Origin: Thainema sp.
Lineage (GTDB): Bacteria; Cyanobacteriota; Cyanobacteriia; Phormidesmidales; Phormidesmidaceae
DNA: 64,000 bases
NCBI GenBank assembly: GCA_052168235.1
Contig: JBQLZK010000006.1
Coordinates: 1 to 64,000 of the forward strand
Direction: 5' to 3'
The translations under genes and the position numbers were made by a program. The notes below the pieces were generated by a model. The model worked only from the letters and a program-made list of their open reading frames with translations, ran no database searches and was not told the origin of the DNA. This document shows, piece by piece, positions 51,972 through 62,852 of this stretch (within the stretch, counting starts at the first letter, position 1; each line of letters starts with the position of its first letter).

Positions 51972-52925
51972 ATGAAATTAACTCAGGGGACAAGAAAGTT
52001 CGGGGGACGCATTGTCTTATCCGTTCTGATTGACATCGCAATGGCCGGACTTCTGTACGTGACCTTGAATTGGATCGTTGCACTGATATCCCTCTTGTGC
52101 GGATTTTTCTCTATTTGGGTGAAAAATCTAGCCCTTAGTGACGGTACGAAGAATTTTTGGCTTCAAGTTAGTTCACTGGTTTTCATGACGGTATTCCTAA
52201 CCGCTGTCGTAGCCTCGCTGTGGAGTTGGATAGCCGCGATCTCAGTTTTGGTTTTGGGTGGGTTTGTCATTATTTGGTTTGTCGGATTTGTCAAAACCGC
52301 CTTGCTCAATGCCTTACCAAACGAATGGAACGGCGAACTGACTCGCCCCGAAGACTGTCTTTGGCTAGATCAAGACTGGCTACGACAGCAAACCCAAGCG
52401 CTAGAAAACATCGGCTTTCAGCACCTCCAAGACTATCGCATCCCCGAACAGCCCACCTTTGGTCGCTGCATGGTTCATCCACAGCATCAGTGCTATGCCG
52501 AAATTGGGGTTGTCTACAGTCCCGCAGGCGAACGAATTAGCGAGACTGTTGTGATTACCAGTGTGCTGACGGATGATTGGACAATTGTCCACGTCAACCG
52601 CGATGTGAATCTGCTATCGGAAAGCATGCTCTGTCTGTGGCGACATCCCAAATCACTCTCTGTCGTGCAAGTACATCCCACACTGGCAAGCTTGTTAGAT
52701 GCCCACCTGCAATTTCGCGATCGCATGCAGTGCGATCTGGGTATTTCAGTTCTTCCAGATTCCTCTTGGGACGCGTATGTGCAGCTCGAGCGGTACGGAG
52801 TAGTTCATCGTAACCAAGCTTTGAAGCGGACGAATTTATTGTTAGGTATGCTCAATGTGGCCAGATTTGAACTCAATCCTCCATCTCAATGGCTGGGCGA
52901 CTATGGCAAAAAACTGAAGGCATAA
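51972..52925 (+). CDS. Hypothetical membrane protein
   Basis: About four N-terminal TM helices plus a soluble C-terminal domain. Confidence 0.7.
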   Translation: MKLTQGTRKFGGRIVLSVLIDIAMAGLLYVTLNWIVALISLLCGFFSIWVKNLALSDGTKNFWLQVSSLVFMTVFLTAVVASLWSWIAAISVLVLGGFVIIWFVGFVKTALLNALPNEWNGELTRPEDCLWLDQDWLRQQTQALENIGFQHLQDYRIPEQPTFGRCMVHPQHQCYAEIGVVYSPAGERISETVVITSVLTDDWTIVHVNRDVNLLSESMLCLWRHPKSLSVVQVHPTLASLLDAHLQFRDRMQCDLGISVLPDSSWDAYVQLERYGVVHRNQALKRTNLLLGMLNVARFELNPPSQWLGDYGKKLKA

Positions 52926-52961
52926 GCCACACTGGGAGCACAAGTAGCTCAAGGTAAATCC

Positions 52962-53450
52962 ATGAAACCTCTGCGACTGTCTCCCCCCCTTTACCTGGGG
53001 ATTGCCATGATTGCGATCGCAGTTTTAGTGTCGAGTTGTGGCAGTCCTCCCACCGATTCCACGCAACCGACCGTTCCCAGTGAGCCGACTGAATCCGCTG
53101 AGACGAGCCCCGCTGCCACCGAACCCGCTCCCACACCGTCTGAAACACCCCAACCAGACAATATGTCCCCAGACCTGTCCCAGAGTACCAACGTGCCGGA
53201 TCAGGTGGTTAATCAGGTTAAAACTGCGATCGCGCAGTCAGCGGATGTCTCTACTGAGGCCATTCAAATTACCAGCGCCGAACCTCAAACCTGGCCCAAT
53301 GGCTGTCTAGGACTAGCCAGCGCCGATGAATTTTGTACCCAGATGCTCGTCGAAGGCTGGCGCATCGAAGCAACTGACGGTGAAACAACCTGGATTTATC
53401 GCACAGATGCCACCGGATCTCAGGTTCGCCAAGAAACAAGGATGACTTAA
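52962..53450 (+). CDS. Putative lipoprotein
   Basis: Lipobox-like LVSSC, Pro/Thr/Ser linker, WPNGCLG..CTQ..GWRI domain. Confidence 0.8.
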   Translation: MKPLRLSPPLYLGIAMIAIAVLVSSCGSPPTDSTQPTVPSEPTESAETSPAATEPAPTPSETPQPDNMSPDLSQSTNVPDQVVNQVKTAIAQSADVSTEAIQITSAEPQTWPNGCLGLASADEFCTQMLVEGWRIEATDGETTWIYRTDATGSQVRQETRMT

Positions 53451-54064
53451 TCCTGCACAGACTCAGGTGATTCAACGGGTTCAGCGGGTTCAAATTCAAC
53501 TTTGTCGTAAATATCGGCCAGCGCGATCGCAAATTCCATCACCGCGAACTCAACCGTATCGTCAGGCTGATTATATTCCTGAAACACCCACTGCTTCTCA
53601 CCTGTTTTGGCATAGTGTTCGACCAGATAAGCATACTGATCGACCAAGATATATTCTTGAAAACCAAGGATGGTGCGATAGGCGGCAAACTTGTCGCCCC
53701 GGTCGTCGTTGCGGGTTGATTGGGAGAGCACTTCGATGATCAGCACGGGATTGGTAATCGTGTCTCGCCGCCCTTCTTTATAAGCCAGCTCTCCCGCAAC
53801 CACCATCACGTCTGGATAGGTGTAAATTTGCGGCTCAGGAATCCAGAGCCGCTGATCGGCTACAAATACCTCATAGGATTGTCCACGCAAACCCATCGTC
53901 AGCGCTGTGCATAGATTGCGGATAATGCGATTGTGATTCGGTGTTCCACCTGTCATTGGGATCATGTCTCCCCGAATGTATTCATGGCGGATTTTGGACT
54001 CCAGTTCCCGTGCAAAATACTCATCGGCAGAATAGGTGCGGGAGGCTTGGGCTTGAGCAACCAT
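53447..54064 (-). CDS. Uma2/DUF820 family endonuclease
   Basis: YTYPDVMV, NPVLIIEVLS, GDKF..Y, EYILVDQ. Confidence 0.92.
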   Translation of the reverse strand: MVAQAQASRTYSADEYFARELESKIRHEYIRGDMIPMTGGTPNHNRIIRNLCTALTMGLRGQSYEVFVADQRLWIPEPQIYTYPDVMVVAGELAYKEGRRDTITNPVLIIEVLSQSTRNDDRGDKFAAYRTILGFQEYILVDQYAYLVEHYAKTGEKQWVFQEYNQPDDTVEFAVMEFAIALADIYDKVEFEPAEPVESPESVQD

Positions 54065-54124
54065 GATGTAACTCTCCTCAGGAGGTTTACGCTTTGACCA
54101 TATCACTTTTGCCAAGGCTGGCGT

Positions 54125-55705
54125 TTAGGATTCTGATTTGGGTTGAACCTCTTGCATCAGTGGGGCCAACTCGTCTTTGAGCCGTCCAGCGCGAATGAAC
54201 TGGGCGTAGGTATCAGACTCAATCGCCAGCAGTTCCTCCATCACTTCTTCTTCTTCGTATTGAGCCAGATCCGGATGTTCGCGTCTCAGTTTGGCTAGGT
54301 CTTCTTTTACATCAGTAATCTGTCCCTGCACCAGCGCTTTTTGATAGTTGTAGAACTCTTCGTCGATTTCTTGACGAGTCATCATTTGGTTGAGCCGATC
54401 CAGAACGCGATTCATGGCAACCCGCCGAGCGGACGCTTGGGAATAGGCCAATCGCAGTGGCTGATCGCCGAGCAGATTAAGCCGTTCCAGCAGGGATTTT
54501 GTGGTTAAACCCTGTACCAACAGGGTAAACAGCATGACGCCAAAGACAATGGCGATAATTTCTTCTCGCTGCTCCAGAATTTCCGGAACGCTCAGCGCCA
54601 GTGCTACAGAAACGGAACCGCGCAGACCACCCCACCAGAGAACGGTTTGATCGGGGATGGTGATTTTAGAATCTACAGCCCAGTTGCTGAATAGTCCCAG
54701 AGCAAAGATGCTGAGCGCACGAGTGGCGATGAGGATGATGATTGCGATCGCAATTAAATCTAAGTTCTCACCCAAACTGGCAAAGCGCACCTGATCGCCA
54801 ATCAGCAAAAATACAATCGAGTTGACGAAGAAGGCTAAAAACTCCCAAAACTCAGACACAACCAGGCGAGTGCGAGCATTCATACCGATGCGGGAGCCAA
54901 AGTTACCTAGGATTAAGCCAACCGTGACAACGCCGATGACGCCAGAACCACCTAGTTCTTCGGCAATTAGGTACGTACCATAGGCGGAGACGAGCGTCAG
55001 GGATTGTTCGACTAGGGGCAAATCAAACCGCTGAGTCAAGAACGAAATGCCGAAGCCAATCAGTCCACCAATGCTGATGCCCACGCCGACAAATACAAAG
55101 AAGCGGGCTAGGCTAACGGGAATATCAAAGCTTTCGACTCCCAGCGCTAGACCCAACAACAGATTAAACGCGACAACGGCAACGCCGTCGTTGAACAGAC
55201 TTTCCCCTTCCATCAGGGTCGTGAGCCGCTTGCTGACCCCCAGTTCTCGAAAGAGCGCGACGACGGAAACCGGATCGGTCGCTGACAGACTGGCTCCAAC
55301 CAGCAGCGCTGTTGCCAGCGATGCACCCGCCAAATACTGTAGACCACCGACCAGTCCGACGATGCAAATAATCACACCGATAATTGCATAGAGCGTAATC
55401 GGAATCAGGTCGTTCTTCAGATTGCTCCACTTAATATTCCAAGCGGCTTCAAACAGCAGTGGCGGCAAAAAGATAAATAGAATTAACTCCGGTGATAAAT
55501 TGACCAGCCGCACATCTACGATCGCAAGTGCGAGACCGACAATCAGCAACAGCAATGTGTAGGGAATATTGCGCAACCAGCTAGAGACCCGCGACAGCGT
55601 TGCCACGCCCAACGAGACGGACAGCACGAGCAAAAACTGCTTTAGATTTTGTTCGATGGCTGCATCATTAACGGCGGCAGTCGCCAGCGTGATAATTTCG
55701 TGCAT
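54125..55705 (-). CDS. CPA1 family Na+/H+ antiporter
   Basis: FLPPLLFEAA, SATDPVSV, EGESLFNDG, GGLRGSV. Confidence 0.95.
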   Translation of the reverse strand: MHEIITLATAAVNDAAIEQNLKQFLLVLSVSLGVATLSRVSSWLRNIPYTLLLLIVGLALAIVDVRLVNLSPELILFIFLPPLLFEAAWNIKWSNLKNDLIPITLYAIIGVIICIVGLVGGLQYLAGASLATALLVGASLSATDPVSVVALFRELGVSKRLTTLMEGESLFNDGVAVVAFNLLLGLALGVESFDIPVSLARFFVFVGVGISIGGLIGFGISFLTQRFDLPLVEQSLTLVSAYGTYLIAEELGGSGVIGVVTVGLILGNFGSRIGMNARTRLVVSEFWEFLAFFVNSIVFLLIGDQVRFASLGENLDLIAIAIIILIATRALSIFALGLFSNWAVDSKITIPDQTVLWWGGLRGSVSVALALSVPEILEQREEIIAIVFGVMLFTLLVQGLTTKSLLERLNLLGDQPLRLAYSQASARRVAMNRVLDRLNQMMTRQEIDEEFYNYQKALVQGQITDVKEDLAKLRREHPDLAQYEEEEVMEELLAIESDTYAQFIRAGRLKDELAPLMQEVQPKSES

Positions 55706-55752
55706 AAGCGTTTGTTCTCCTCACATTTCGCCAGATGAGTGGCCGCATGACC

Positions 55753-55829
55753 ATAAATGCAGAGTTCCAAAAAGCCGGGGGAGCGCCCCGGAGGGGCGCT
55801 CCCCCGGCTTTTTGGAACTCTGCATTTAT
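55753..55829. repeat. Perfect palindrome with 37-bp arms
   Basis: ATAAATGCAGAGTTCCAAAAAGCCGGGGGAGCGCCCC-GGA-reverse complement. Confidence 0.95.
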
Positions 55830-56086
55830 TGCTGCAACCTACTACCACACCCCGCATTTTATCTGGCATCTGCCATTTAGGCAGGAGACTTTGGATAGGT
55901 AACAGAAATGCGAACTCACAACTTGCACTTTCCCGACTCAGCACCCAAAGCGGTTATTGGGCGCAGGCTATGAATCGACCTCAAACGACTGCGCCCAAAC
56001 ATCCTGCATCATCGCAGTCGGCAATGTAGCCCCTACAACACTGATTCTGACGAGACAGCCGCCATGATTGAGAGCAAGAACATTAT

Positions 56087-58030
56087 TTGAATGCATTTGA
56101 GTGCCGATTCCTGATTATGTGTCATCCCAAAATCGGTTTTTGGCAGGGCAGTCCTGGTTCTCTTTCTAGACGCTTATGCCTTGTTGGACTGTTTTTGCTC
56201 ACGGCTCTTATTATCGGTTTGAATTCTGTCACTAATCCTTTGGCTATGTCTGCTTCAACCCCTGGTTTATTAACGGATCCCTTTCTCCAGCTACCAACTG
56301 CTGATTCCGTCAACGTGGTTTGGTTTACGGAGTTTGTAGGGCAAGGGCATACGGTGGCCTACGGCAGAGACCTGGAGCAAACGGTTGAAGCCGTTACCAC
56401 TCAGCTCAGTCGCACCCGTGAAGACAGTAAATCTAAGATCAGTAATCCCCCCGCAACGCCGACTCCACGACCGATTTGGCGACATGAGGCGACGGTAACA
56501 GGGTTAGGATCAAAGACCCGCATCCCCTATCGAGTTACCAGCATTACCGATCAGGGCGAAACGATTCAGAGCAGAACGTTTACCCTAGCGCCAGCGCCAC
56601 AGACGGGGGCTGACTTAAAGATCTTGCTCACCTCTGATCACCAGTTGATGCCGATGACGGCTGCTAATCTGCAAAAGGTGGAGGAAACCGTTGGTCGAGT
56701 CGATGCGGTGTTTCTAGCGGGCGATTTGATTAATATCCCCGATCGCGCATCCGAGTGGTTTGACGATCAGCGAGGCGGTGCGTTTTTCCCAGCTTTACAG
56801 GGGCGTGGGCACTATCAACTGGAGAAAGAGGAGCAGACGAGGGTCTATCGGGGTGGAGAAATTATTCAACATGCGCCGCTGTTTATTGCCGTGGGCAATC
56901 ATGAGGTGATGGGACGGTTTTCGGATCAGAAACTCTTAGGTCAGCAGTTTAATGATCCTGTTCCCAAATGGGTTGCAGCGGAACGATACCAGCAGCAGGA
57001 AAAGGCTGTTAATCCTCGAAAAGATCCCGATATCCGTCAAGCCTGGATTAAATCCGCTTCGTTTAATACCGATACCGTTGAGGAAATCTTTTCCCTGCCG
57101 CCCGATCGACCGGAGGGCAAAAACTACTATGCTGTCACCTTTGGCGACGTTCGCCTGATCGTTCTCTACGCCACCAATATTTGGCGGGTTCCCAACTTAT
57201 CGCCCAACGGTAGCGGTCGCTATGTTGAGGCATCAGCGCAGCTCAATCAACCAGAAGAATGGGGTTATGGGCAGCATATTTTTGAACCGATTGGTAAAGG
57301 CAGCGATCAGTACAACTGGCTGGTCAAAGAGCTGAATCGGCCTGAGTTTCAGCAGGCTCGCTACAAGATCGTCATGTTCCACCATCCGCCCCACACCCTC
57401 GGCGGCAACATCGTGCCTGCCTACACTGACCCGGTGCAGATTATTGAGCGGGACAACACGGGCAACATTACCGCCGTTCGCTACGAGTATCCCAAAGATC
57501 AGGACTACCTGATTCGCGATGTGGTGCCACTGCTGGAACAAGCGGGCGTTCAACTGGTGTACTTCGGCCACTCCCACATTTGGAATCGCTTCGTCAGCCC
57601 CAACGGCCTGCACTTTTTGGAATCGTCCAACGTGGGCAACACCTATCAGGCCCATCTAGAAGATAATCCGCGCGAAGTACCCGATCAGCGCTGGCAGGAA
57701 GAGTATGCGGCAGTGGGCGACCCGAACGGTCTAGAGCCAATCATGCCAACCATTAGTCCAGTACTCGACGAAGAAACCAATCAGCCAATGCCCTACATCG
57801 CCAGCAACGACATCACTGTATTCAGCATCCTAGAAACGAAAACCGGAACCATCAGCAGCTATCGGTTTGATACTCGAAAACCGGATTCCCCAGTCGAGAA
57901 ATTTGACGCATTCGAGATTGCACCCGCAACATCTAATTTGCTTTCCACTGCTCCAGCGTCTTTTGCCGTATTAATAGGCGCGATCGCACTTTCCCTGACA
58001 ACCCTCTGGATCATGGCTTCAGTTGCCTGA
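56087..58030 (+). CDS. Exported metallophosphoesterase (purple acid phosphatase-like) with a C-terminal hydrophobic anchor
   Basis: SDHQ, AGDL, GNHE, FHHP, GHSH motifs; exact start codon uncertain. Confidence 0.87.
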   Translation: MNAFECRFLIMCHPKIGFWQGSPGSLSRRLCLVGLFLLTALIIGLNSVTNPLAMSASTPGLLTDPFLQLPTADSVNVVWFTEFVGQGHTVAYGRDLEQTVEAVTTQLSRTREDSKSKISNPPATPTPRPIWRHEATVTGLGSKTRIPYRVTSITDQGETIQSRTFTLAPAPQTGADLKILLTSDHQLMPMTAANLQKVEETVGRVDAVFLAGDLINIPDRASEWFDDQRGGAFFPALQGRGHYQLEKEEQTRVYRGGEIIQHAPLFIAVGNHEVMGRFSDQKLLGQQFNDPVPKWVAAERYQQQEKAVNPRKDPDIRQAWIKSASFNTDTVEEIFSLPPDRPEGKNYYAVTFGDVRLIVLYATNIWRVPNLSPNGSGRYVEASAQLNQPEEWGYGQHIFEPIGKGSDQYNWLVKELNRPEFQQARYKIVMFHHPPHTLGGNIVPAYTDPVQIIERDNTGNITAVRYEYPKDQDYLIRDVVPLLEQAGVQLVYFGHSHIWNRFVSPNGLHFLESSNVGNTYQAHLEDNPREVPDQRWQEEYAAVGDPNGLEPIMPTISPVLDEETNQPMPYIASNDITVFSILETKTGTISSYRFDTRKPDSPVEKFDAFEIAPATSNLLSTAPASFAVLIGAIALSLTTLWIMASVA

Positions 58031-58085
58031 CTTGAAACATTACAAATATATTTATTAGCTTTGCGATCGTCATTTCAATTTCACT

Positions 58086-58739
58086 ATGGACTCTCTTAAA
58101 CAATCCTTGGCTAGAATTTTAAACATTTGGCAAGAAGACAGAGAAGACCTAATTCCGCATCTTCAGCCAGGTCTTTCTACTGAGGAAATCCAAGAGCAAA
58201 TTTCAAAATTTTCACTTCAACTACCCGAAGAAGTGTATGAGCTTTATCGATGGCGAAATGGTGTCAACCAGTTAAAAGCATTTGGTGCGAATACGGATTT
58301 TTTGCCGGGTGGGTTAATTTTTTTATCGCTTGAAGAAGCATTACAAGCTTATCAACACATTGATGAGTACCGACAATTAGTTATTTCTATAGACGAAAAA
58401 GATGAAAATGCTTGTAGACCCTGGTTTCCTCTTTTCGGCAGCGATGGCTCGTACTTGGTTGTGTTTGGTGATGTAGCGCCCCAAGAAACTTCGCCGATAT
58501 TTGACTTATATATTGAAGGAGGTAGTCCAATTAGCCTGAAATACCAAAATCTGACCGAGTTGATGTCGATTACAGCAGAATGCTACGAAACGGGTGCTTA
58601 TTACTTTGAAACAGAGGTGGTTGATAATTTTGGTACTGTTATTGAGTATCTAGTTGCAGATGAACAGGAAGTCGCTCAAATCAGACGATGCCACAATCTC
58701 AAGAAGCTAGGAATTCAATTGAAAGACCAAATCATGTAA
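58086..58739 (+). CDS. SMI1/KNR4 (SUKH) family protein
   Basis: LQPGLSTEEI...LPEEVYELYRWRNG, FLSLEEA, WFPLF. Confidence 0.85.
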   Translation: MDSLKQSLARILNIWQEDREDLIPHLQPGLSTEEIQEQISKFSLQLPEEVYELYRWRNGVNQLKAFGANTDFLPGGLIFLSLEEALQAYQHIDEYRQLVISIDEKDENACRPWFPLFGSDGSYLVVFGDVAPQETSPIFDLYIEGGSPISLKYQNLTELMSITAECYETGAYYFETEVVDNFGTVIEYLVADEQEVAQIRRCHNLKKLGIQLKDQIM

Positions 58740-58813
58740 GTTAGGCTCCGTATTTCGCCTGTTTTCTAAACTGGGTTTAAAGTTGAAATAGCAGCAGCAA
58801 CGGCATAACTCCC

Positions 58814-59392
58814 ATGACAAGCGTTTTAGACCAAACCAAATATCTAACGATGGAGGAGTATTTGGCCTATGACGATGGCACGGATACTCGCTATGAATTA
58901 GTGGATGGAGAACTGGCCGAGATGCCACCGGAATCAGATGAGAATTTGAACATCGCCAGACGGCTGTTTTTGGAATTGATTAAGCATCTGCCACCCGAGC
59001 GAGTAGTTTGGGGTACAGAAGTCGAAGTTACGGGGAAACGAGCGCGCTGTCGTTTGCCAGATTTGCTGGTGCATACGGAAGAATCCAAAGCAGCACTGGC
59101 TGGGGCTAAGCGAGCGACCATTACACGGGATATGCCGCCCCCAGCGCTAGTAATTGAAATTGTGTCACCAGGGCAAACGAATAGAGATCGCGACTACCGC
59201 TATAAGTATGCTGAGTATGCCGCACGGGGAATTGATGAATACTGGATTGTCGATCCAGAAACGCGACAGGTGACGCTGTGTCGCTGGGTGAATGGACTCT
59301 ACGAAGACACCGTCTTTCAAGTAGCCGAACCGATCAAGTCTGAGCTAGTGCCGAAATTTGGCCTGGCGGTGAAGGATGTTTTTGCGGGATAA
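58814..59392 (+). CDS. Uma2/DUF820 family endonuclease
   Basis: [37 protein letters not shown]. Confidence 0.93.
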   Translation: MTSVLDQTKYLTMEEYLAYDDGTDTRYELVDGELAEMPPESDENLNIARRLFLELIKHLPPERVVWGTEVEVTGKRARCRLPDLLVHTEESKAALAGAKRATITRDMPPPALVIEIVSPGQTNRDRDYRYKYAEYAARGIDEYWIVDPETRQVTLCRWVNGLYEDTVFQVAEPIKSELVPKFGLAVKDVFAG

Positions 59393-59419
59393 GCGATTAT
59401 AGGAACCAGTACCAAGAAT

Positions 59420-59450
59420 GACAAAAGCCCCGCTCAGCGGGGCTTTTGTC
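59420..59450. terminator. Bidirectional intrinsic terminator
   Basis: GACAAAAGCCCCGC-TCA-GCGGGGCTTTTGTC between convergent genes. Confidence 0.8.
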
Positions 59451-59483
59451 GTGGATTATTCAGCGTTTTGGGGTCAGCCTCGG

Positions 59484-61349
59484 TTAAAACTGAATCAAGT
59501 TGCCATTGATGCTCTTGAACTCAAAGGTGCCGACCTCTTCTCGATAGGTACGTCGGGTATCCCGCAGCATACTGACGGCTAGCGTCTCGCCCAGCAGGTT
59601 ACCACCCGTTGGAATACCGACACCGCAGCGATTTGCGCCAGCGTTGGGGCCAGAGATCGTACCGTCTGTGCGCCAGTGCATACCCGCTCCATCCCGGAAG
59701 AGGGTGACGTTGGCGATTAGCTTATTGAGTTCACCGTGGATGGTCAGCGGTTCAGCGCCATCAGGGGTTCTGTAGTCAGCTAGCCGCTGGCCACCCTCGA
59801 CGGGCACTTTAGGACAGGGGAATGGCCCATCCGCATAGTAGGCTTTTGCTACAGTTGCCGCCGCTGCGATGAAGGCCGAGTGACCACCCGGATAAGCGGG
59901 GTGAGTCGGGCAACCTTCGGGGAAGCCCATCGGCAACAGCCAAGTGCCATTGCGATCGCCCCGATCGTGCGTGATATTCTGCTGGCGATTGTGCTCAAAA
60001 ATCAGATCCAGAACCTGAGTTTTGCGCCAAACATCGGCCCCTGCACCAAACAGATCGTTGAACTTCTCGTTGTTCAGGGGATTTGCCGATGCGCCGCCCA
60101 GGACGCCGCGCCGGAAGAGTTCCAGCCGCTGAACATAGACTTCAGGCCGCAGACGACGATGGACACACCACTTCTGGAACCAGGCGTGCTTGAGCGCATA
60201 TACTCCAGCCAATCCAGCCTGAATGGAAACATCTGGCGCACCCAGGCTACCAAATGGAACCGAGGTGGTAATACTGCGATCGCGACCGTAGGGAATAGCG
60301 GCAGAAGGCTTAGCACCTAACCCAGCCAGAATCAGCGTTGCCCACAGCCCAGCCTGATGGGGCAGATCGATATGAACCCACTGTCCGCCATCTCGCAGTG
60401 TGGTGATGTAGCGGCTGCCATCCAGTACATCTCTGCCGGACGTATCGTCGTTGCCATTGTTGATTCGATTCCAGGTGTCCAGGTCGGTCATGTAGTCCAG
60501 ACCAGGCCGAGGATAGTGCTGAATTTGGCGGATTAGCTGGTTGCCGAATTTGAAATCCTGGAGCAGAAACTGTGAGACATGCGGCCCGCGATCGCAACCT
60601 TCATACGGCCCCCGAAACAGCGTTTGGGGCGTGCATTCGAAGCCAAACTCCTGCTCAAATCCCAAACTGTTGAGATCCTCACAGGCTGCCAGAATCAAGC
60701 CGTTAACTGCGCTGTTGGTGTACTGGTCAAACGGAATATCGCGGCAGAGCGCCATCCAGTAGCGTTCTACCATGTCGATGGCCGTGCTGCGACTATCGAA
60801 TGTTGGTGCAGGTGCCATCCGCGCCCCGTTCGAATCATTGCCAATGGACTGATAGGAGTAGGCATTGAGCGGATTCACCTGCTTCCGTACACCGCCGCCC
60901 AGTTGCACCTTTTCAAAGGCTGCTTGAGTGCCTGTTCGGATGGCATCCAGTAGTGAATCCAACGATGTAGCGTTGACTAGACCATTGGCATCATGAGCCA
61001 GAGCCTTGGTGTAGGATGCAAACCCTGGAAAGCCCAGTTTTCTAAACCGTTGCTCATCTCCATTTGCCTCTGGCGGACAAATGTCAAAATCGTCAAACGC
61101 ATCATCCCGCTGCTGGTCACGAACGGTGCTGGCATTGCTGCGACGGTCTTCAAGGTTTTGCGGGTGCAGATGATCTTGCTGGCAGTCTTGCATAAAGGGG
61201 CTCCTCAAGGAATCAGCTTGTAAATCGCTATCGTTATAAAAAGGCAGGCTTACTTTAGGCTCTAAATAAGCCGGAGGTAGTGCAAGCAGAGGCGGCTCTT
61301 CCGGGGGGAACTGCAGCCGTAATAGTCCAAATATCTTCCTGAGATCCAT
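59484..61349 (-). CDS. Vanadium-dependent haloperoxidase (bromoperoxidase-like)
   Basis: WFQKWCVHRRLRPE, CPTHPAYPGGHS, GELNKL..FRDGAGMHWRTD; YWMALCRDIPF. Confidence 0.9.
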   Translation of the reverse strand: MDLRKIFGLLRLQFPPEEPPLLALPPAYLEPKVSLPFYNDSDLQADSLRSPFMQDCQQDHLHPQNLEDRRSNASTVRDQQRDDAFDDFDICPPEANGDEQRFRKLGFPGFASYTKALAHDANGLVNATSLDSLLDAIRTGTQAAFEKVQLGGGVRKQVNPLNAYSYQSIGNDSNGARMAPAPTFDSRSTAIDMVERYWMALCRDIPFDQYTNSAVNGLILAACEDLNSLGFEQEFGFECTPQTLFRGPYEGCDRGPHVSQFLLQDFKFGNQLIRQIQHYPRPGLDYMTDLDTWNRINNGNDDTSGRDVLDGSRYITTLRDGGQWVHIDLPHQAGLWATLILAGLGAKPSAAIPYGRDRSITTSVPFGSLGAPDVSIQAGLAGVYALKHAWFQKWCVHRRLRPEVYVQRLELFRRGVLGGASANPLNNEKFNDLFGAGADVWRKTQVLDLIFEHNRQQNITHDRGDRNGTWLLPMGFPEGCPTHPAYPGGHSAFIAAAATVAKAYYADGPFPCPKVPVEGGQRLADYRTPDGAEPLTIHGELNKLIANVTLFRDGAGMHWRTDGTISGPNAGANRCGVGIPTGGNLLGETLAVSMLRDTRRTYREEVGTFEFKSINGNLIQF

Positions 61350-61779
61350 AGGACAGATAGGAGGGGAGTAGCAGAACCTTGCGTATCAGGTCTAGTTAAA
61401 AATCGGCATTACTTTTTGTGAAAGGCCGGATTCGTCCGCTTTTCACAGAAAAGTATTGGATTTCTACACACCGACTCGACATCAATCTAGGTTCTTGAGT
61501 CTGTGCAGCTACCCTGATGAGATAAACGAAATAGATGTTGACCAGAGCTACGCAGCGACGCTGTTTTGCTGTTGATTCAATATCGCTAATTTAATGGCGC
61601 TGTCATAAAAAGTACATGCCCCATGTGGGTACTGTTGAAAACCTCGAAATATTTTGCAATTGGATGTAGAGAAAACACCTCTACATCCAATCCATTCTCA
61701 GCTTCAGCAGTCCCTTGGAGCGCTATCCTGGCATTCGCAGCCTAGTCTTTAGGCATCTCAAGTTAACTCAACCAGCCCG

Positions 61780-62067
61780 TTAAACCAACCAGCCCGTTTC
61801 GTCTTCGTCGTGGCGGCGCTGTTGGGCTTCGACAGCATGACGCAGCCGATAGCCGGACTGTCGATCACACCAGAGTTTGATGCCAGATGCGATCGCACGA
61901 TCGCGATCCTCGGTTAAGTGGTCTAATTTGGCCAGCAAATCCGCATCCAGCGTCACCGTGATGGCGACGGAACCTGATGTATTGAGCTGCAGTTCAGACG
62001 AGCGAGAACTCGGTTGAATCGCATGAGAGTTGGATGAACGGACGGGCTGACTATTTTGCTGTCCCAC
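61780..62067 (-). CDS. Small ribbon-helix-helix-like hypothetical protein
   Basis: ITVTLDADLLAKLDHLT.DR..AI pattern. Confidence 0.6.
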   Translation of the reverse strand: MGQQNSQPVRSSNSHAIQPSSRSSELQLNTSGSVAITVTLDADLLAKLDHLTEDRDRAIASGIKLWCDRQSGYRLRHAVEAQQRRHDEDETGWLV

Positions 62068-62165
62068 AAGAATTCCTATACGTAAGTTTTAAGGTTGCAA
62101 CGCTGTGTCCTTGTATAAAAAGCTTGCCTAACAAGCTTTTTATACACATGAATCGATTTTTGCCA

Positions 62166-62852
62166 CTACTCGACAAGACCATGCTCTAGGGCATAGCGTA
62201 CCAGTTCAGTCCGGCTATTGGTGCCCGTTTTACTAAATAAGCGGCTTACATATTTCTCGACGTTGCGGACGCTGGTTTCTAGGCGGCTGGCGATTTCCTT
62301 ATTCATCAACCCCTCGGTGACGAGGTCGAGGACGCTCTGCTCCCGTGGCGTAAAGTCGATCTGAATCGGCGCAGGCGTCTTGTTGATGTTGCTTTTCTGG
62401 GTTAGCATCGCCTTGATTTCGGCGATCTGCCGGGCCATGTCGGCCAAATCAGGCAAATCACCGGCTTCTGAGCGAGCGGCTTGGCGACGAGCCAGGATGT
62501 TCTCCACCATTGCCACTAGCTCATCCGGATCGAATGGTTTGGGCAGATAGGCATCGGCCCCCGCTTGATAGCCCTGGATGCGATCGCTAGTCATACCGCG
62601 CGCCGTCAAGAAAATCACGGGCATGGTTTTGAAGCGGGCATCTTCCCGCATTTGCTTGAGGAAGGCATAACCATCCACCTGGGGCATCATGATGTCCGAA
62701 ATGACTAGGTCGGGCGCATCCTGCTCCAGTTTTTCCCAGCCTTCTTTGGCATTACTGGCAACGCGAACATCAAACCCACTGTCTTCTAGATAGGCTTGTA
62801 CCGCTTCCCGCAGTCCGGGTTCATCATCGACTAGCAGCAACTTTCCTGTCAT
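62166..62852 (-). CDS. NarL/LuxR-family response regulator (Ycf29-like)
   Basis: LLVDDEPG, SDIMMP, KPF; TPREQSVL..GLMNKEIA..RNVEKYV. Confidence 0.93.
   Translation of the reverse strand: MTGKLLLVDDEPGLREAVQAYLEDSGFDVRVASNAKEGWEKLEQDAPDLVISDIMMPQVDGYAFLKQMREDARFKTMPVIFLTARGMTSDRIQGYQAGADAYLPKPFDPDELVAMVENILARRQAARSEAGDLPDLADMARQIAEIKAMLTQKSNINKTPAPIQIDFTPREQSVLDLVTEGLMNKEIASRLETSVRNVEKYVSRLFSKTGTNSRTELVRYALEHGLVE

Noticed and set aside
61501..61556. Hammerhead-like core CTGATGA-gataaac-GAAA inside a stem
   Set aside because: I could not build stem III with a U-H cleavage site or a matching stem I in type I or type III topology. An Infernal search would settle it.
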